DNA of 64,000 nucleotides. It comes from Chamaesiphon sp. GTDB lineage: Bacteria > Cyanobacteriota > Cyanobacteriia > Cyanobacteriales > Chamaesiphonaceae. This document shows, one piece after another, positions 19,417-31,713 of this stretch. The translations under genes were made by a program, and so were the position numbers. The stretch lies in NCBI GenBank assembly GCA_965246715.1, contig CBDFFH010000014.1, forward strand, positions 1 through 64,000, written 5' to 3'. How positions within the stretch are numbered: position 1 is the first letter of the stretch; each line of letters begins with the position of its first letter. The notes beneath the pieces were generated by a model. It saw nothing but the letters and a program-made list of their open reading frames with translations. It searched no databases and had not been told where the DNA came from.

Positions 19417-20607
19417 ATGGGATACGGTGATTTTAACCAGAATAATAATGCCCAAAATAAAGGCTTATTAGCATCGGGATGGCGACCACTCAATCGGGAT
19501 TTGGATGTCGGATTTTTGGCGAATATTCTTTTTAACGATACCTGGAATCTGACCAAACGAAGTGTCGATTTTGCCAGTGATGTTGCCGACGCTTTGAGTC
19601 GCAAACAGTACTCCTGGTGGGCAAATATTCTGAACGTATTTTCGGATAGCGTTCAGTACGAATTTAACGAACTCTGGAATTATATTACGCCAGATCCAGC
19701 TTCACCCGATCGCCGCCACAAAGATGTCCTGATCGCCCAAACACCGATCGTTCAATTAGTCAGTCGCGATAGCATTCCGATCGATTATGTCTTAAATCGA
19801 TTAGAAGAAATTACTGTCAAAAATATTCTCAAAATCTTAGGTAAACCAGATCTAATTACTCAATACTATTGGGAACGGTATTTTTACTATCCAGCAGATC
19901 GGTTTACCAGCTGGGAACGGCTCGAAGTCATGGGTTATGTTTCGGCATACTGGCAGGAGTATGACATTTGGGTACAGATCGAGCCATTAGAAAAAGGTAA
20001 ACGTCAATATACAGTTAGTGCCAAAGATTTGGCACCGTTAATTAATAAAGCGACTTATAATGTCGCCGTGATTTTAAGTGGCTATAAAAGTCGCGTGGGT
20101 CAAATTAATAGCGAGTACCCAATTCGCTCGTTTCCAGCCGAGATTCAGAGCTTTAGCGATCGCGTTCAGCAAGCGATTATTGATGAAGATCGGATTGCAG
20201 TTTTAGTTAACGGTGCCCCCGGTACTGGGAAAACTGCTTGGACTCAAGCCTTAGCCAAAGAAGTGCTCATGCCATTAGGATATGTGATTTTTATCCTCGA
20301 TCATGATGCCGTCGAAAATTTTGTGCCCCCGAGCTATTTAGAGCGGATTTGTTTGATTATCAATGAAGCTGACAATCTAGCTAAAAATCGCGCCCTCGAA
20401 TCCGCCCAGGAAAACAATAAAACCGAACACATTTTGAGTCTATTAGATGGGACACTATATCAAAGCGTGATCGATGAATCGGGAATTCATCCTCAACAAA
20501 AATTAGTGGTATTGATGACTTGCAATACCACCGATCGGATGGATCCGGCTTTATTACGTAAAGGACGGATCGATTTCACCTACGAATTTATGCACAAATT
20601 TGTCTAG
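19417..20607 (+). CDS. AAA+ ATPase with uncharacterised N-terminal domain
   Basis: GAPGTGKT Walker A, LIINEAD Walker B variant, LSLLDG, TCN..RMDPALLRKGRID second region of homology. Confidence 0.85.
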   Translation: MGYGDFNQNNNAQNKGLLASGWRPLNRDLDVGFLANILFNDTWNLTKRSVDFASDVADALSRKQYSWWANILNVFSDSVQYEFNELWNYITPDPASPDRRHKDVLIAQTPIVQLVSRDSIPIDYVLNRLEEITVKNILKILGKPDLITQYYWERYFYYPADRFTSWERLEVMGYVSAYWQEYDIWVQIEPLEKGKRQYTVSAKDLAPLINKATYNVAVILSGYKSRVGQINSEYPIRSFPAEIQSFSDRVQQAIIDEDRIAVLVNGAPGTGKTAWTQALAKEVLMPLGYVIFILDHDAVENFVPPSYLERICLIINEADNLAKNRALESAQENNKTEHILSLLDGTLYQSVIDESGIHPQQKLVVLMTCNTTDRMDPALLRKGRIDFTYEFMHKFV

Positions 20608-20647
20608 GTTTGAGGCAAGGCAATCGAGCCTCGCATTTACACCAAGT

Positions 20648-23600
20648 CTAGAGCGAGACATCCAACCGCCGCTCGATCGCGGTTGCCCAAGTGTGGGTAA
20701 TCGCCGCCAGATCGAGATCGACGATCGATTTGCCCAGACTCATCATCTGGAATCGATCTGTTTCGCTGCCGACTGTGCCCAAATATTGCCAAGCATCGCC
20801 AACTTGCTGCGCTAAATAACTCTCAAATGCGGACTGATGTGCGGGTGAGATCGAGACGACAATCCTGGCACCACCTTCCCCGAATAATGCCGTGTCAAAT
20901 CGATCGACAATACCACCGAGCAGGATCGAGGCACCTTTATTTCCGGAAATCGAACATTCAGCCAGAGCAATAGCCAAACCACCTTCGGCAGCGTCATGAG
21001 CGGAGGCGATCCAGCCTTGGTGGATCCCATGCCGACAAGCTGCTTGAACTTTTAGTTCGAGTTCAAAATTCACTGCCGGTGGGTGTCCGGCAACGGTTTG
21101 ATGGAGAGTTGCCAGATATTCCGATGCGCCTAAAGTGACCAGCTCTAGACCTTCTGGAACAGCATAAGATTGGCGTAAAGCTTCCTTGAATGGAAAATAT
21201 CCTACCGGAATACCGAGCAGATAGATGCGATCGCCAGTATTTTTCCAGCCTTGACCGCAAACTTTGGTAATATCTTCGACAATGCCGATCATGCCGACAA
21301 CGGGAGTCGGATAAATCGGGACAGGCTTGCCTTCAGCATCAAAGGTTTCGTTATAGAGGGAAACATTGCCGCCAGTTACGGGGGTATTAAAGGCGCTGCA
21401 AGCTTCAGATAGACCTTTACAAGCGTTGGCGAGTTGCCAATAACCGATCGGTTTTTCGGGACTGCCAAAGTTGAGATTGTCCGTCACGGCAACGGGTTCG
21501 GCACCAACGCAACTGAGGTTGCGTGCGGCTTCCGCGACGACCATTTTTGCCCCTTCATAGGGGTTGAGATAGACATAACGTGGGTTGCAATCAACGGTAG
21601 CGGCTACGCCGAGATTGGGATTGGTGGTATTAGTTTGGAGATTTTGAATCGGTTCTAAGGGGCGGATGCGAATGACTGCGGCATCGGCACCACCAGGGAG
21701 CAACACGGTATTATTTTGGACTTGGTGGTCGTATTGACGGTAAACCCAGCGTTTAGACGCGATCGAAGGCGTATCCAACAACGTTAATAAGACATCATTC
21801 CAACTGTGTGCTTTGCCGTGAATCTCGATGCCTTCGATCGTCACTGGCGGTAACTGTTCTTCCGTCCATTGCCATGCCGTTTGGGCATAGGCTGGCGGTT
21901 CTGCCATCAGTTCGTGTTTGTAAATGGGGGTGTTATCAGCGAGCGCGGTAGCGGGAACTTCAGCCGCAATTTCACCCTGGAATAGGATCCGGACGATCGG
22001 TTCGGCGATTACCGTACCAGCAACGACAGCATGGAGTCCCCACCGCTCGAAGATGTCGATTAATTCTTGTTCGCGGCCCTTGTGAGCGACAAATAACATC
22101 CGTTCTTGAGATTCGGAGAGCAGGTACTCATAGGGCACCATTCCTGGCTCGCGGGCGGGGACGAGATCGAGGTTAAATTCAACGCCGACACCACCTTTTG
22201 CGGACATTTCCGCACAGGAACAGGTGATGCCGGCGGCTCCCATATCTTGTGCGGCAACTACCGCACCAGTTTTAAAGGCTTCGAGACAGGCTTCGATCAG
22301 GGATTTTTCGAGGAAGGGGTCGCCCACCTGCACGGCGGGGCGATTATCGATCGATTCGGCAGTGAGTTCGGCGCTAGCAAAACTCGCACCGCCCATGCCA
22401 TCGCGTCCGGTAGTAGAACCCACATAGAGGACGGGATTACCAATGCCAGAGGCACCAGATTTGACGATCGTGGCTGTTTCCATCAACCCCAGTGCCATCG
22501 CATTGACGAGGGGATTGCCGGAGTAAGCGGGGTCGAAATAGACTTCACCGCCAACTGTGGGTACGCCGACGCAATTGTGCGTGATCAGTCCCGAACTCGT
22601 AATAAACAAGTGAGTATTGTCTACTTCAATATCATAGACATCGCATGTTTCGACATTATGTGTCGCGATGCTGTGAATTTTTACCGTGCTCATCAGGGTG
22701 GTAGCTGCGGTAAGAGTGGCAGTATTGCCACCATTAACCTTGAGGCGATCTGCGGTAGCTGCTGAGGTTAACTTACTCAGTGAATCTCGATGGATTTCGA
22801 CTTGCCATAATGCTGCGTAATGAAATTCCCGGCCCTTGATCTTGCCCACTGAAGCCGGCCGATGGTGAACGTGTGGCATGATGCCCCGATCTTGGAGCAG
22901 CAGTAACACTTGCTCGTAGAGTTGATGGCTGGAAATCGACACAAAAATTTTATCCTGAGCGGCAATCCCACCTGTGGGATTGGGGATGGTAGGATTAGTG
23001 CGGATCAGACTTTTGAGTAATTCCTGCTGGAGTTGGGGATTCCATGCCCAGACAAAATCAGGGATGCGTTTGTGGGTAGATTCATTACCACAACCCCATC
23101 CTTGGGTAAGTAGATAGCCGAGTAGCCAAGATGAGACGCAGACAGCCATCCCGGAAGTGCGCTGCTGGGGACTAGCTGGAATCCCTAAACCTTGCAAAAT
23201 CTCCATCAGATCGGTCGCAGCTCTGGTCTCCAGATGACTGAAGTTAAAGTAGATCCGATAAATATTCCCCGCTGGCGATACGTTACCCGTTGCGAGAAAA
23301 TAACCCAGCAGGCGGGCGAAAGCGGCGGTTGGTTGAATTAACGCTGGCATCCAGTCATCTTTCCCATGTTGCCCAATTTTGAGATCGGCGCGCTCTAATT
23401 CGAGGATTTGTTCGAGTCCGAGTAACTGTTCGAGATTGAGGAAGCGATCGAGTGGGAAGATTTTGGTATTGAGGTAGTGATTGCGTTTTTGGATCGAAGG
23501 TTCGAATAGTTCGAGGGTGGTACGGATCAGATCGGTGGGTTGCCAGATGTCGGGCAGCTTGACGCAGAGATCGCGGTCTGCATGATGGCTGGTATGAATC

Positions 23601-24475
23601 GCGGCGATGAGATCGATCTCTGGTGGTTGTTGGCTGTGAATCTCTGGAAGCTTTTGCAAGACGGGGAGATTGTCGCCGACACGTAAGGTTTGGGCATAGC
23701 GGATCCGAACTTTTTGCGCGTCTTCTACCCGTAACATCGGATGGTCGGGGGTGACGCAGATCGTGCGCCCGAGCGAGGTGCGAATGTTGACGAGCTTGTC
23801 GGTTTGACGCTTGAACACCTTACTGACTCGCTGCCAGCTGCTTTTATTGGTTTTGGGATCGATCGATAGTGTTTCGATGCCTGGTGGGAGTTCGGCGGTA
23901 TGCTCGCCGGGGGGGAGATGGGTCGTGACAAAATTCCCGATCGTGTCGAAGTGGATGCCATTAGTATCCCGCCAGATTAAGGTTTCATCACCAGCTAAGC
24001 AGTTACCATAGTGGGAAATCCCAGCGACGACTCCAGTAAATAAGCGGCGAGTTTTGGCATCTTTGAGGTCGCCAAATCTGAGGGAATTGAGAATCGCGAT
24101 CGGCCGCGCGCCCATTGTAAAGATATCGCGCAGAATCCCCCCGACTCCAGTTGCGGCTCCCTGAAACGGTTCGACGGCGGAGGGGTGATTGTGGGATTCG
24201 ATTTTAAATGCGAGTTGGAGTCCGTCGCCGAGGTCGATCACCCCAGCATTTTCACCTGGCCCAACGAGGACTCTGGCTCCGGTAGTGGGAAATTGGGACA
24301 GTAGCGGACGGGAATTTTTATAACAGCAGTGCTCCGACCACATTACGCCAAACATGCCTAATTCGGCTTTATTGGGGTGTCGATCGAGCCGTTTGACGAT
24401 TTCGAGGTATTCGTTAGGTTTGATGCCTTCGGCGGCGATTTCGGCTGGAGTGAAGGGGGACGGTGAGGATGCCAT
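20648..24475 (-). CDS. purL: phosphoribosylformylglycinamidine synthase PurL, intein-containing
   Basis: [59 protein letters not shown]; likely start MASSPS at 24475. Confidence 0.95.
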   Translation of the reverse strand: MASSPSPFTPAEIAAEGIKPNEYLEIVKRLDRHPNKAELGMFGVMWSEHCCYKNSRPLLSQFPTTGARVLVGPGENAGVIDLGDGLQLAFKIESHNHPSAVEPFQGAATGVGGILRDIFTMGARPIAILNSLRFGDLKDAKTRRLFTGVVAGISHYGNCLAGDETLIWRDTNGIHFDTIGNFVTTHLPPGEHTAELPPGIETLSIDPKTNKSSWQRVSKVFKRQTDKLVNIRTSLGRTICVTPDHPMLRVEDAQKVRIRYAQTLRVGDNLPVLQKLPEIHSQQPPEIDLIAAIHTSHHADRDLCVKLPDIWQPTDLIRTTLELFEPSIQKRNHYLNTKIFPLDRFLNLEQLLGLEQILELERADLKIGQHGKDDWMPALIQPTAAFARLLGYFLATGNVSPAGNIYRIYFNFSHLETRAATDLMEILQGLGIPASPQQRTSGMAVCVSSWLLGYLLTQGWGCGNESTHKRIPDFVWAWNPQLQQELLKSLIRTNPTIPNPTGGIAAQDKIFVSISSHQLYEQVLLLLQDRGIMPHVHHRPASVGKIKGREFHYAALWQVEIHRDSLSKLTSAATADRLKVNGGNTATLTAATTLMSTVKIHSIATHNVETCDVYDIEVDNTHLFITSSGLITHNCVGVPTVGGEVYFDPAYSGNPLVNAMALGLMETATIVKSGASGIGNPVLYVGSTTGRDGMGGASFASAELTAESIDNRPAVQVGDPFLEKSLIEACLEAFKTGAVVAAQDMGAAGITCSCAEMSAKGGVGVEFNLDLVPAREPGMVPYEYLLSESQERMLFVAHKGREQELIDIFERWGLHAVVAGTVIAEPIVRILFQGEIAAEVPATALADNTPIYKHELMAEPPAYAQTAWQWTEEQLPPVTIEGIEIHGKAHSWNDVLLTLLDTPSIASKRWVYRQYDHQVQNNTVLLPGGADAAVIRIRPLEPIQNLQTNTTNPNLGVAATVDCNPRYVYLNPYEGAKMVVAEAARNLSCVGAEPVAVTDNLNFGSPEKPIGYWQLANACKGLSEACSAFNTPVTGGNVSLYNETFDAEGKPVPIYPTPVVGMIGIVEDITKVCGQGWKNTGDRIYLLGIPVGYFPFKEALRQSYAVPEGLELVTLGASEYLATLHQTVAGHPPAVNFELELKVQAACRHGIHQGWIASAHDAAEGGLAIALAECSISGNKGASILLGGIVDRFDTALFGEGGARIVVSISPAHQSAFESYLAQQVGDAWQYLGTVGSETDRFQMMSLGKSIVDLDLAAITHTWATAIERRLDVSL
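22574..24001 (-). mobile_element. intein (476 aa) in PurL with degenerate LAGLIDADG endonuclease
   Basis: [13 protein letters not shown] (block A), VTPDHPM (block B), VYDIEV...LITHN|C (blocks F/G); excision restores [13 protein letters not shown]. Confidence 0.93.
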
Positions 24476-24634
24476 GAGGTGAGGGATGAGAGGGTTTATT
24501 GGTGCTTGGTGTGGTGTGTATTTAACACTGAGGGGCACTGAGGTTACACGGAGGTACACGGAGGAGTTAGATTGTGGGCAGCGAATTCCCCTCCTCGGAG
24601 CGAAAAGGTTCTCGACAGGGTGGGTTGGGTGCCA

Positions 24635-27142
24635 CTAGCCACTAATGACTGAGGCGATCTTTTCGTCGCCACTGAGGTTGATGATTTTGTCGCCGATCCC
24701 GTCTTTGCCGTGGGGTTTAATTTTGGCCAGCGCGATCGCTTCTTGACGTTGGGTGCTGGTGATGATGTTGACGATCGGGGTAGGCAGGTTGAGGTAAATC
24801 AGGCTATCGGTTTTGGTGGCAAATTGCATGGCGTGGGTGCCCATATTTCCGGTTTGGACGATCCGGATCGTGGAAATGGGGATGCGTTTAGCGTAGCCAT
24901 GACGGGTAATCAGCACGATTTCATCTTCGCCGTTGGCGGGGACACAGCCGACGATCCGTTCTCTAGTGCCAACTTTCAGGGCTTGAATACCTTGGGAAAC
25001 TCTGCCCATCAGGGGGATTTGTTCGGAGGCGAGGGCAAGGCGCAGGATTCTTGCGCCAGAGGTGGCGATGATAATTTCGCGTTGGTGGGCGAGCGCGGTA
25101 ATCGTGTGTAAGCTATCGTCCTCTTTGAGTTTGATGAGCGTCGTGCCCCGATTGGTCAGTCCGGTGAGTTCCTGGCGAAGGATGCGTTTGATTTTACCTT
25201 GGTTTGTCAGCAACAGAAATTGGTGCAGGTCGTCTGGATCGATCGCTGGACTGGATAGGGTATAAATTATCCGTTCCGTACTGTTTTGCAATGCCGGAAC
25301 GAGGCTACTGAGGATGGCTCCCTGAGCGTTACCGAGGGTGGGGGGAATGTCGCGAACTTTGAGCGGATAAGCTTTACCGTCGCTGGTGATTAATGTCAGC
25401 TCGTCTTCAGTAGTGGTTTGATAAGTCGTCGTGACAAAATCATTGCTATTGGGATTGAGCTTGGTACCAGTTTTGCTCAGCCTGCGGATATAGCCTTGGT
25501 TCGTGATTTCGACTGCTGTGGGCTGACTCGGTTCGGCTTCGATAATTTGGAGTTGGGCTGGCTGGGTCGTGCGGCTCCGCTCGATCTTCGCCTGTTTAGT
25601 CATTTTGGCAGGTTCGAGCTTCGATATCTCGATCGGGGTAATCTTCGTCCGGCGCGCATCAGCAAATTTCCGTTTGAGCGCTCGTAGGTCTTTTTTGAGT
25701 GATTTTAACAGTTCGTGCCGATCGACTAGAAGGTTGTTTAAGTTATTAATTTTCGTCGTCAATTCCTGGAATTCAGTCTGTAAATTCGTCCGCTCCATCC
25801 CCGTCAGGCGGCGCATGGGCATCGATAAAATTGCGTCGGATTGCGTTTCGCTCAGTTCCAGTTGGCTCTGAAATTGAGCCTTGGCGGTCGTCCCATCTGG
25901 GGCATTCCGCAAGATCGTAATCACAGCATCGAGATTGTCTAATGCTGCGAGCAATCCCGATAGGATTTCGACCCGCTTTTGGGCTTGGGCTAGCTCGTTA
26001 CCATATTGCCGCGTGAGCGTAACTTCCCTGAATTGCAGAAATTCTTCGAGTAACTGTCGGAGGGTAAGTTGTCTGGGTTGACCCTCGACGATCGCGAGTA
26101 AAGTTGCCCCAAAGTTACTCTGGAGTGCAGTTTGACGATAGAGTTGTTCGAGGACATTCGCGGGTTCGCTATCGCGTTTGATCTCGATGACGACGCGCAT
26201 GCCATCGCGGTCGCTCTCATCGCGCAAGTCGGCAATGCCATCGATTCTCCCTGCATTGACGAGTTCGGCAACTTTCTCAATCCAAGCCGCTTTATTGACC
26301 TGAAACGGTAATTCGGTGACGATCAATGAATCGCGGCGTTTTTTTGATTTGATGAGTTTGGCTTGACCGTTGGGCGTTTCGACATGGGAAACCCCACGCA
26401 CGGTAATAATCCCTTTCCCAGTCCGATAAGCATCGTGAATGCCTTCGATCCCCATAATTTCCCCGCCAGTCGGGAAATCAGGGCCAGGAACGAGTTCCCA
26501 TAATTTTGCATCTGGGAGATCGGGTTTGTCTATTAACGCGATCGCGCCATCGAGCACTTCCCCGATATTGTGGGGTGGAATATTCGTCGCCATCCCCACC
26601 GCAATCCCACTACAGCCATTGATTAACAATAACGGTACCTGCGCGGGTAAGACGGTCGGCTCCTGTTGCGAGTTGTCGAAGTTACCGATAAAGTCTACTG
26701 TCGCAGTACTAATCTCACTCAACAATGCATCGTGAGCAATCGGCGCTAGTCGCGTCTCGGTATATCGCATCGCGGCTGGCGGATCGTTATCGACCGAGCC
26801 AAAATTACCATGTCCGGCCAACAGCGGATAACGGCTCGAAAAGTCCTGAACGAGTCTGACCAGGGCATCATAGACCGACTGATCGCCGTGAGGGTGATAT
26901 TTACCCAGGACATCCCCAACCACGCGGGCGCATTTCCGAAACGGTCTGTCGGGGGTCAAACCCAGCTCGTGCATCGCATAAATAATTCGCCGATGCACGG
27001 GTTTCAACCCGTCTCGCACATCGGGCAACGCTCGCCCTACGATCACACTCATGGCGTATTCTAGGTACGATCGCTGCATTTCCGAGTGCAACTCAATCGG
27101 AATAATTTTATCCGTACTCAGCAGATCCAACTGTTTTACCAT
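24635..27142 (-). CDS. gyrA: DNA gyrase/topoisomerase IV subunit A paralog (no GyrA-box, ParC-like)
   Basis: [43 protein letters not shown]-terminal pinwheel without QRRGGKG. Confidence 0.9.
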   Translation of the reverse strand: MVKQLDLLSTDKIIPIELHSEMQRSYLEYAMSVIVGRALPDVRDGLKPVHRRIIYAMHELGLTPDRPFRKCARVVGDVLGKYHPHGDQSVYDALVRLVQDFSSRYPLLAGHGNFGSVDNDPPAAMRYTETRLAPIAHDALLSEISTATVDFIGNFDNSQQEPTVLPAQVPLLLINGCSGIAVGMATNIPPHNIGEVLDGAIALIDKPDLPDAKLWELVPGPDFPTGGEIMGIEGIHDAYRTGKGIITVRGVSHVETPNGQAKLIKSKKRRDSLIVTELPFQVNKAAWIEKVAELVNAGRIDGIADLRDESDRDGMRVVIEIKRDSEPANVLEQLYRQTALQSNFGATLLAIVEGQPRQLTLRQLLEEFLQFREVTLTRQYGNELAQAQKRVEILSGLLAALDNLDAVITILRNAPDGTTAKAQFQSQLELSETQSDAILSMPMRRLTGMERTNLQTEFQELTTKINNLNNLLVDRHELLKSLKKDLRALKRKFADARRTKITPIEISKLEPAKMTKQAKIERSRTTQPAQLQIIEAEPSQPTAVEITNQGYIRRLSKTGTKLNPNSNDFVTTTYQTTTEDELTLITSDGKAYPLKVRDIPPTLGNAQGAILSSLVPALQNSTERIIYTLSSPAIDPDDLHQFLLLTNQGKIKRILRQELTGLTNRGTTLIKLKEDDSLHTITALAHQREIIIATSGARILRLALASEQIPLMGRVSQGIQALKVGTRERIVGCVPANGEDEIVLITRHGYAKRIPISTIRIVQTGNMGTHAMQFATKTDSLIYLNLPTPIVNIITSTQRQEAIALAKIKPHGKDGIGDKIINLSGDEKIASVISG

Positions 27143-27244
27143 GAGTTCTAAAAAGTGCCTATGTGCAATCCCTAAGTTAATCCCAGTCTGCCACAAACCG
27201 TTCGCGATCGGACTAGACCGCAAGATAATAATACACAATTACTA

Positions 27245-27392
27245 GGATAGTGGCTAGTGGATAGTTGCTAGTGACTAGTGAAGGAGTGAATATTCAACGC
27301 GCAAGGCGTGTTAGTCCCGATGGCAAGGATTTTAACCACCATTGTCCGATTTCTATGTTAGTAACCACTTACCCACTAGCCACTAGCCACTT
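27245..27392. repeat. short tandem heptamer repeats (STRR-like), two inverted blocks
   Basis: TAGTGGC-like units at 27245-27280 and CCACTAG units at 27363-27392. Confidence 0.6.
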
Positions 27393-27397
27393 TCCCC

Positions 27398-28255
27398 CTA
27401 CTTACTCGGGGTCTTAGTAATAAACTCTCTAACTCTGGGAGTCTGGAGCAATTTACGCGTGTCATTTAGGAGTTTTTCACCCCATAAATTATCTTTGAGA
27501 TATTGAATATTAGCATAACGACTGTCGAGGACGATCGCTTTTTCGGCTGAGGTATAAGCTTCAGCTTGCTTGCCTTGCGAAAATAGCGCGACGGCCATTG
27601 CTAGCATCGGTTCGGCAGCTTTGGGATCGATCGAGATCGCGCGTTGCCAATTTTGAATCGCACCGTTTAAATCGCCAGTTTCATAACTAACTAACCCAAT
27701 ATTATTGATCGCCGGCCAAAATTTCGGGTCTTTTTTAACCGCTTTTTGATATTGGACGAGTGCGTCGGCATATTTATTAGAGGTGTAATAGGCATTACCT
27801 AGATCGAATAGGGCACCATTATTGTCCGGTTTGATTTTTAAGCCAGCTTGCAAAACTTCGATCGCTTTGGGACGATCGCCTTTTTGAAAATATGCCGAGC
27901 CTAACATAAAGAGTACGTCAGGCTCTTGAGGCTTAATTGCTTGCGCTTGTTGGAGTGCGTCGATCCCTTTTTGATACTTTTGGGTTTGGACGTACAAGGT
28001 ACCTAAAAAGAACCAAGCTTCATAATTTTTGGGAGCCAACTGGGTTGCCAACGCAACGCGAGGAATTGCCTGTTCGTATTGTTGAAATTGAACCAACCCG
28101 GCGGCTTGCCGGAGTAAAGTTTTACTCGTATCTTCTAACGATTGAGGATCTTGTTTGGGGGTATAAGGCAGTAGCACCTGGGCAAAAGTTGGCGCTGGCA
28201 AGCTCGCGATACCCAAGCAGGCAGCAAGCATCAATAAATAAATCCGTTTAGGCAC
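27398..28255 (-). CDS. secreted TPR-repeat protein
   Basis: Signal peptide; repeated AWFFLG/VLFMLG/ALFDLG/AINNIG TPR units. Confidence 0.88.
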   Translation of the reverse strand: MPKRIYLLMLAACLGIASLPAPTFAQVLLPYTPKQDPQSLEDTSKTLLRQAAGLVQFQQYEQAIPRVALATQLAPKNYEAWFFLGTLYVQTQKYQKGIDALQQAQAIKPQEPDVLFMLGSAYFQKGDRPKAIEVLQAGLKIKPDNNGALFDLGNAYYTSNKYADALVQYQKAVKKDPKFWPAINNIGLVSYETGDLNGAIQNWQRAISIDPKAAEPMLAMAVALFSQGKQAEAYTSAEKAIVLDSRYANIQYLKDNLWGEKLLNDTRKLLQTPRVREFITKTPSK

Positions 28256-28636
28256 AATAAATTATGGCTGGTAGATAGTCAATACGACAAGATTAGAAAT
28301 CTTCGCGAGCGCGTTGCTTTCCGATTCCATCATAGGACAGATTTTACAGTTACTAACGACCCGAGATCGGCTAGGAGCTAGCGTTTATCTTCGGCCGCGA
28401 GATGGCGACCATCGCGAAGTAGCGAGTATGGGGGTTTTCACTACCGATCGAGATGACTTTTTGCACTAGCGATCCCCGCTAATGAAGAGTTAAAATTGAG
28501 TGTAAACAAAAGTAACAATTTTTGCGACCAGTCCATCATCGTCACACGGTCAGTCATCGTGACCGAACTCGATCGCTATTTTAGATCGTAAACCGTTCGA
28601 GAGTTTGAATCAAAGATTCACTAGCCTTGTACTGCT

Positions 28637-30244
28637 ATGCAACTACCTCTATTCAAAAATGTCAAACGTCCGCTTCCACTAGTTGCAGGTATTGTTGCGG
28701 CGACAATCGGCCTGGCCGGACTCGGAACCATCGCCTACGATCGATTTAAGCCTACAACTAAAATCGATCTCGATCGGTATACTGTCGTTGCTAAAGCTCA
28801 AGATTTAACCGATCGGATTACAGCTAGTGGTACGATCGTGCCGTTCCAAACAGCCAATCTCAGCCCAAAAACTGCGGGTAGAGTCGCCCAGCTGTTTGTC
28901 GAGCAGGGAGATAAAGTCCAAAAGGGGCAAAAAATCGCCCAAATGGAAAATGCTGAGGTTCAAGCAGCTTTTGCTCAAGCTCAAGCAACTCTCCAGCAAG
29001 CTCAAGCTAACTTGAACAAAGCGAAAAACGGCAGTCGCCCTGAAGAAATCGACCAAGCGAGAGCTAAACTCGTTCAAGCTGAAGCGAACCTGAATAAAGC
29101 GAAAAATGGTAACCGGCCTGAAGAAACCGCTCAGGTACGCGCGAAATTAGCCCAAACTCAAGCTAATTTAAATTTATCTCGCTCGATCGCCCCTCAACAA
29201 ATCGAGCAGGCGACCGCCCAAGTCTCTTCAGCTACTGCCAAACTCAATTTAACCAAAGCTCAAGTCGATCGCAATCGATCGCTCCGCACCGCAGGGGCAG
29301 TCTCTCAGGATAAACTCGACCAAGCTATTGCTGACTATCAAACAGCCAGAGCCAATCTGTTGGATGCGCAGCAAAAGCTCGAACAAGTCCGCAATAACAG
29401 CAGAGCGGAGATCGTCCAACGTCAAGCTGCCGTGACCGAAGCACAACAAGCACTCCGCCAATCCGAACTCGGCAGTCGGACAGAAGATGTGGCTAGTTTA
29501 GTCGCTCAGGTAGACCAAGCGCGATCGGTATATCAACAGGCTAAAAATGGCAGTCGCCCTGAAGATATCGCCCAATTGACAGCGGCAGTAGCTGTCGCCC
29601 AAGCCCAAGTAGATTCCGCTCGATCGCAATTGAATGATTCATTGGTAGTCGCTCCATTTACGGGGTTGATTACGCAGCGGTATGCGAGTATCGGGGCCTT
29701 TGTCACACCGACAACTTCGGCATCGACCACGACATCGGCCACTTCAACTTCGATCGTCGCTTTAGCAAAAGATCTCGAAGTTAAGGCCAAGGTACCAGAG
29801 GTAGATATCGGTAAAATCCGCCCCGGTCAAAAAGTAGCTGTTACCGCCGATGCCTTCAGCGACAGGCCGTTTGAAGGTGTCGTCCGCCTGGTCGCACCCG
29901 AAGCCGTCATCGAGCAGAATGTTACCTCATTTGAAGTCCGCGTCACGTTAAATTCGGGCAAAGATGTCTTGAGATCGGGGATGAATGTCAATGCTGTGTT
30001 TACGGGCAATCGCACGAACAACGCGCTGACGATTCCTACCGTTGCCGTCAGTTCCAAGAAGGGACAAACAGGTGTGTACATTACCGATGACAAGAACGAA
30101 CCAAAATTCAAACCGATTAAAGTCGGGGGTACTGTTAAAGACAAAATTCAAGTTATTGATGGTCTCAAAGCAGGCGATCGCGTTTTCATCGATATCCCCA
30201 AAGGATTTAAAGAAAAAATGATGAATGATGAAAGTGTTAAATAG
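28637..30244 (+). CDS. efflux periplasmic adaptor (HlyD/MacA-like) with long coiled coil
   Basis: LSPKTAGRV..VEQGDKV and VAPFTG lipoyl halves; repeated AKNGSRPEE units. Confidence 0.9.
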   Translation: MQLPLFKNVKRPLPLVAGIVAATIGLAGLGTIAYDRFKPTTKIDLDRYTVVAKAQDLTDRITASGTIVPFQTANLSPKTAGRVAQLFVEQGDKVQKGQKIAQMENAEVQAAFAQAQATLQQAQANLNKAKNGSRPEEIDQARAKLVQAEANLNKAKNGNRPEETAQVRAKLAQTQANLNLSRSIAPQQIEQATAQVSSATAKLNLTKAQVDRNRSLRTAGAVSQDKLDQAIADYQTARANLLDAQQKLEQVRNNSRAEIVQRQAAVTEAQQALRQSELGSRTEDVASLVAQVDQARSVYQQAKNGSRPEDIAQLTAAVAVAQAQVDSARSQLNDSLVVAPFTGLITQRYASIGAFVTPTTSASTTTSATSTSIVALAKDLEVKAKVPEVDIGKIRPGQKVAVTADAFSDRPFEGVVRLVAPEAVIEQNVTSFEVRVTLNSGKDVLRSGMNVNAVFTGNRTNNALTIPTVAVSSKKGQTGVYITDDKNEPKFKPIKVGGTVKDKIQVIDGLKAGDRVFIDIPKGFKEKMMNDESVK

Positions 30245-30255
30245 TGAGTAGTAAT

Positions 30256-30280
30256 GTAGGGTGGGCAATGCCCACCATCT
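30256..30280. repeat. REP-like hairpin
   Basis: GTAGGGTGGGCAATGCCCACCATCT. Confidence 0.5.
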
Positions 30281-30420
30281 AAGTTTCGGGTTTTCTAATG
30301 TTATAAATTCGTTCAAAAATTCACCAACTAAGCTACCGATCGAAACATCCCTGCCTTAAGTAAGAACCAGCATAAAAATCTCTCTCGATCGACAAAAATG
30401 ATGACAACTAATTTAGATCG

Positions 30421-31644
30421 ATGAACATCTTTGAAAGTCTCAATATGGCAGCAAAAACTCTCGTAGCTAATAAGTTACGGAGTGGTTTGACAATGCTTGG
30501 CATCGTAATTGGCAATGCTTCGGTAATTGCGATGGTGGGTGTGGGTGAAGGTACCCAGAAATTAGCGCAAGATCAATTCAAAAGTTTGGGGCCGAATACC
30601 CTCTTCATTCTACCGGGAAGTCCGAAAGCACAGAATATTCGAAGTGGTGGGACACCGCCAACACTAGTACTCAGCGATGCTCGCGCGATCGCGCGGCAAG
30701 TGCCATCTGTGGCAGCAGTATCGCCAGTACTGCAAAATTCTTCGATCGTTACCTATGGGAATATTACGACAACGACGATCGTGCAAGGTGTCACAAAAGA
30801 ATTTCCAGTGGTACGTAATTTTGCAGTCGACAAAGGTCGATTTGTTGGCGATCTCGATGTTAAAGGTGATAAACAAATTGCCGCGATCGGGACAGATCTC
30901 GCTCAAAGATTATTCGGTCAGGACAATCCATTGGGCAAGCAAATTCGGGTTGGTAATTTGAGTTTTGATATCGTCGGTGTGATGGAATCAAAGGGTTCTT
31001 CCTTTGGTAGCAATCAAGATGATGCAATCTTTATTCCGATTACCACGATGAGCAAGCGGGTAATCGGGCGAACTTCACCATTTGGACTGCGGGTGTCCTT
31101 GATTTCGGTATCGGCGAAAGATGCTGATAGTATGGATGCTGCTGAGTTCCAAATTACTAACTTACTTCGCCGCCGCCATAAGATCGTTGGTGAAGATGAC
31201 TTTACCGTCCGCAACCAAAAAGATGCGCTCCAAATTGTCACGACAATTACCAGTGCGCTGACATTATTGTTGGGTGCGATCGCTGGAATTTCACTCTTAG
31301 TTGGTGGGATTGGGGTAATGAATATCATGCTGGTATCTGTCACCGAACGCACGCAGGAAATCGGACTACGAAAAGCGATCGGGGCAACCCAGAAAGATAT
31401 CTTAATTCAATTCACGATCGAGGCAATTATTCTCTCGACGATCGGTGGTATTATCGGGACGCTGATCGGCATTGGTGGGATCGTACTCGTTAGCAACTTT
31501 TCCCCGCTCAAGCAAGCTTCGATCTCCCCATCGGCAATTATTTTAGCAGTTAGTGTTTCTGGTGGCATCGGCCTATTCTTTGGTGTCGTTCCCGCCCGCC
31601 AAGCTGCTAGATTAGATCCGATCGAAGCCTTAAGAAGCGTGTAA
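30421..31644 (+). CDS. MacB/FtsX-type ABC permease
   Basis: RSGLTMLGIVIG, GGIGVMNIMLVSVTERTQEIGLRKAIGA. Confidence 0.92.
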   Translation: MNIFESLNMAAKTLVANKLRSGLTMLGIVIGNASVIAMVGVGEGTQKLAQDQFKSLGPNTLFILPGSPKAQNIRSGGTPPTLVLSDARAIARQVPSVAAVSPVLQNSSIVTYGNITTTTIVQGVTKEFPVVRNFAVDKGRFVGDLDVKGDKQIAAIGTDLAQRLFGQDNPLGKQIRVGNLSFDIVGVMESKGSSFGSNQDDAIFIPITTMSKRVIGRTSPFGLRVSLISVSAKDADSMDAAEFQITNLLRRRHKIVGEDDFTVRNQKDALQIVTTITSALTLLLGAIAGISLLVGGIGVMNIMLVSVTERTQEIGLRKAIGATQKDILIQFTIEAIILSTIGGIIGTLIGIGGIVLVSNFSPLKQASISPSAIILAVSVSGGIGLFFGVVPARQAARLDPIEALRSV

Positions 31645-31713
31645 AATCATCAAGTGTGAGTATTGGTAAAGATATTACTAATGCGATCGTCAATATCGAG
31701 TATTGCCTAACTT

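Noticed and set aside
24635..27142. GyrA lacking the GyrA-box as a novelty
   Set aside because: Cyanobacteria routinely carry a second ParC-like gyrA paralog.
28980..29570. Repeated AAAAAYGGCAGTCGCCCTGAAGA DNA units
   Set aside because: Internal coiled-coil repeats (AKNGSRPEE) of the efflux adaptor.
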